A model generated the notes under the pieces. That model made no database searches. It had not been told where the DNA came from and was given only the letters and a program-made list of their open reading frames with translations. The position numbers were made by a program, and so were the translations under genes. From assembly GCA_963718235.1 (NCBI GenBank), contig CAVQYR010000001.1:2080001-2144000 (forward strand): DNA of 64,000 nucleotides. Reading direction: 5' to 3'. This stretch comes from an uncultured Actinomycetota bacterium. Its GTDB lineage: Bacteria > Actinomycetota > Actinomycetes > JAHEKZ01. Positions 61,343 through 64,000 of this stretch are shown piece by piece. The stretch's first letter is position 1. Every line of letters starts with the position of its first letter.

Positions 61343-63576
61343 GCGAACGGCAACGCGCGGGCGTGGACCACGGTCAGCCGCTGGGTCGACCGGGTGAGCG
61401 CCACGTACAGGTCGCCAGCGCCCCGGGCCGACTGTTCGAGGACGTCGGCCGGCTCCACCACGATCACCGAGTCGAACTCCAGTCCCTTCACCTCGCCGAC
61501 GTCCAGCACCACCAGCTGCTCGTCCAGCGATGCGGTGTGTGGTGCGGACGGCTCGCCGAGCCAGGCGAACAGCCGTTCCCGGAGCCCGTCGTGATCGCGC
61601 CGCGGAACCACCACGGCCAGACGTCCTGCTCCGAGCACCTCCAGCTCGCCGACGACGACGTGAGCCAGCGCCTCGAGATCGACGGCTGGCACGTGGACGA
61701 AGACCGGTGGCATCCCGTGTCGGGCTGCCAACGGCGGCTTCGTCGAGGCGCCGGAGAGCCGCAGCACCTGAGTGGCGACGGCCATGATCTCCGCGGGGGT
61801 GCGGTAGTTGACGGTCAGCTCCTCGAGCCTCCACCGGCCGGGCACGTGCCGATCGAGCGCATCGGACCATCCGCTGGCACCGGCCAGGGCAGCAGTCTGT
61901 GCGGTGTCACCGACCACCGTCATCGAACGACTCGGACAGCGCCGCATCAGCAGCCGCCACGCCATCGCCGACAGCTCCTGCGCCTCGTCTACGACCACGT
62001 GTCCGTAGGTCCAGCTGCGCTTCCCCGCCGCGCGCTCGGCCACCGTGACGTCGGCGTCTCCTGAGGTGAAGCGGTCGGCGAGCATCTCCGCGCTGACCAA
62101 GCCACTGGAGTCGCCCATCGACTCCAGGACACCCCGCGCGTAGCGCAGGTCACCCTCGCGGGCCGCGGCCCTTCGTCGTTCCTCGAGCCGTCGGGCCGAC
62201 GGGTCGTCACCGAGCAGCTCGGCCGCCTCGTCGAGCAGCGGGACGTCGGAGGGAGTCCACTCCCCACCAGGGGAGCGCCGCAGCAGCTCACGCTCGGCCT
62301 CGCTCAGCTGCGGCGCGCTTGCGCGCAGCCGGGCCGGCTCGGCGAACAGCTGGGTCAGCAGGCGCTCGGGCGTCAGCGGCATCCAGCACAGGTTGACCTC
62401 GCGACGCACGTCGGGTGAGTCGTGCAGGTCGGCGAGCAGCTCGGCGCGCTGGTACTCGTCGAGCTCGACGTTGAGGGATCGCGCCAGCTGCTTGACCAGG
62501 TCGTTGAGCACCGTACGGACGAAGACCTCCCGCGCGACGTTGTGCGGCTTACGTGTGGAGCGAGCCCGGTCGCGTGCCGCCTGCACGGTCGACGGACGCA
62601 GGGTGAGTCGGGTCCCGTCGACGTCCAGGCTGACCGGCCCCGAGGGCACCCGCTGTCGCGCACTCACGGCCCGCTGGATCACCCGGGCCATCCGCAGGTC
62701 GCCCTTCAACGCCGCGACGTCGTCGGTCTCGTGGCCGACGGCCTCCAGTCCCGGATACAGCTGCCCCGGCGTGGCGAGCACTGCGGCGCTCTCTCCCAAC
62801 GAGGGCAGCACCTGCTCGATGTAGCGAAGGAACACCGGGCTCGGGCCGACCACGAGAACGCCGGTCCGGGCCAGCCGGTCCCGGTGGTGGTAGAGCAGGT
62901 AGGCGGCCCGGTGCAGGGCGACCGCCGTCTTGCCGGTTCCGGGACCCCCCTGGACGACGAGCACACCCTCCATGGGAGCCCGGATGATCCGGTCCTGCTC
63001 GGCCTGGATGGTCGACACGATGTCGCGCATGTGCCCGGTGCGGTGCTCGGCCAGGGCAGCCATCAAGGCACCCTCACCGGTCAGCACCAGCTCGGAGTCG
63101 GCCACCTGGTCCGACGCCGACGCGACGTCGAGCAGCTCGTCCTCGACTCCGACCACCTGCCGCCCGCGCATGGCGATGTGGCGGCGTCGGATGACGTCGT
63201 GCGGTGAGGCAGCAGTAGCTCGGTAGAAGTCCTGCGCCGCCTCAGCCCGCCAGTCGACGAGCAGCTTGCGCTGCTCCTCGTCGGACAACCCGATCCGACC
63301 GATGTGCAGGAGCTGTCCGGACGTGAGGTCCATGCGGCCGAAGGCCAGCCGTTCCTCCACGGCCCACAGCTGGGCCAGGCGGCGCTCGTACTCGGTCGCG
63401 AAAGCGTCGCGCTCCGAGCGGTTCTGCGGCGTTCCGCTCGGCCCGGCCCGCCGGGTTCGGGCCAGCTGGTCGGAGACCCGTTCCCGCAGGGCGTCGAGGC
63501 GGGTGTACATCACATCGACGAACTCCTGCTCGACCGCCACCTCGTCGGCTGCAGCCCCGCTCGGGACCGAGGTCAC
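61333..63576 (-). CDS. helD: HelD family RNA-polymerase-associated helicase-like ATPase
   Basis: LAFGRMD, HIGRIGL, LLVDWRA, MRDIVSTIQAEQD, QGGPGTGKTAVALHRAAYL, VVDEAQE, KGLEFD, LYVALTR. Confidence 0.92.
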   Translation of the reverse strand: MTSVPSGAAADEVAVEQEFVDVMYTRLDALRERVSDQLARTRRAGPSGTPQNRSERDAFATEYERRLAQLWAVEERLAFGRMDLTSGQLLHIGRIGLSDEEQRKLLVDWRAEAAQDFYRATAASPHDVIRRRHIAMRGRQVVGVEDELLDVASASDQVADSELVLTGEGALMAALAEHRTGHMRDIVSTIQAEQDRIIRAPMEGVLVVQGGPGTGKTAVALHRAAYLLYHHRDRLARTGVLVVGPSPVFLRYIEQVLPSLGESAAVLATPGQLYPGLEAVGHETDDVAALKGDLRMARVIQRAVSARQRVPSGPVSLDVDGTRLTLRPSTVQAARDRARSTRKPHNVAREVFVRTVLNDLVKQLARSLNVELDEYQRAELLADLHDSPDVRREVNLCWMPLTPERLLTQLFAEPARLRASAPQLSEAERELLRRSPGGEWTPSDVPLLDEAAELLGDDPSARRLEERRRAAAREGDLRYARGVLESMGDSSGLVSAEMLADRFTSGDADVTVAERAAGKRSWTYGHVVVDEAQELSAMAWRLLMRRCPSRSMTVVGDTAQTAALAGASGWSDALDRHVPGRWRLEELTVNYRTPAEIMAVATQVLRLSGASTKPPLAARHGMPPVFVHVPAVDLEALAHVVVGELEVLGAGRLAVVVPRRDHDGLRERLFAWLGEPSAPHTASLDEQLVVLDVGEVKGLEFDSVIVVEPADVLEQSARGAGDLYVALTRSTQRLTVVHARALPFAQN

Positions 63577-63730
63577 TGCGGGTCCCCCGTTCGTCGGGTG
63601 CACTCGGACACGTGGTCGTGAGCCCACTTCTGGCCGCCGCCGCGAAAAGGGCAGCAGTCAGGACTATCACGCTCGCGCTCTCGCCGCGAACTGCGGAGTC
63701 GCGGCGGACTCGACCTGGCAGGCTGGCCGG

Positions 63731-64000
63731 ATGAGCCTTCCTCCTGAGGACCCCCAGCAACGCTGGGCAGCCGTTGACGACTACCTGGGTCGCCTGCTCC
63801 TGCCCGAAGACCCGGCGCTGGACGACGCCCGAAGGGCCAGTCGTGACGCTGGCCTGCCCGACATCGCCGTCTCCCCACCCCAGGGCGCGCTGCTCAGCCT
63901 GCTGACGTCGATGGTCCGGGCTCGTCGGGTGCTCGAGATCGGCACTTTGGGCGGCTACAGCACGATCTGGCTGGCCAGGGGGCTCCCCGACGGAGGTCGC
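63731..64000 (+). CDS. O-methyltransferase (methyltransf_3 family), 5' part; runs off the window end
   Basis: Manual translation: WAAVDDYL...GLPDIAVSPPQG...RVLEIGTLGGYSTIWLARGLP. Confidence 0.9.
   Translation, partial: MSLPPEDPQQRWAAVDDYLGRLLLPEDPALDDARRASRDAGLPDIAVSPPQGALLSLLTSMVRARRVLEIGTLGGYSTIWLARGLPDGGR

Noticed and set aside
63577-63730. Possible rifamycin-inducible helR with RAE operator
   Set aside because: No RAE-like inverted repeat visible upstream, so it is called housekeeping HelD

Overview
High-GC actinobacterial chromosomal segment (Nocardioides/Intrasporangiaceae/Micrococcales-like gene order, by inference). Core landmarks are the 5' end of topoisomerase IV subunit B, a small Cys/His protein (DUF7455-like), the principal sigma factor hrdB, metY-metX, DUF4192 and helD. 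About 39 kb of miscellaneous accessory genes lie between the DUF7455-like gene and hrdB. No tRNA/rRNA, CRISPR array, integrase or transposase was recognised. Highlights: (1) a three-gene TasA/CalY-like secreted fibre/adhesin operon with shared putative N-terminal donor strands (57330-61342); (2) a complete methylmannose-polysaccharide-like cluster (manT, meT3, mmpH, meT1), flanked by an acyltransferase-3 gene and an ftcD gene whose stop overlaps the meT1 start; (3) an unannotated, apparently leaderless 27-aa Cys/Met-rich uORF upstream of metY-metX; (4) a yybP-ykoY Mn riboswitch heading terC plus an atypical Gre-family factor; (5) candidate structured leader RNAs, 11-bp-period operator repeats, a duplicated orphan secreted Cys-protein, a secreted pentapeptide-repeat protein and two apparent frameshifts. 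All family calls come from motif recognition by eye, not database searches.
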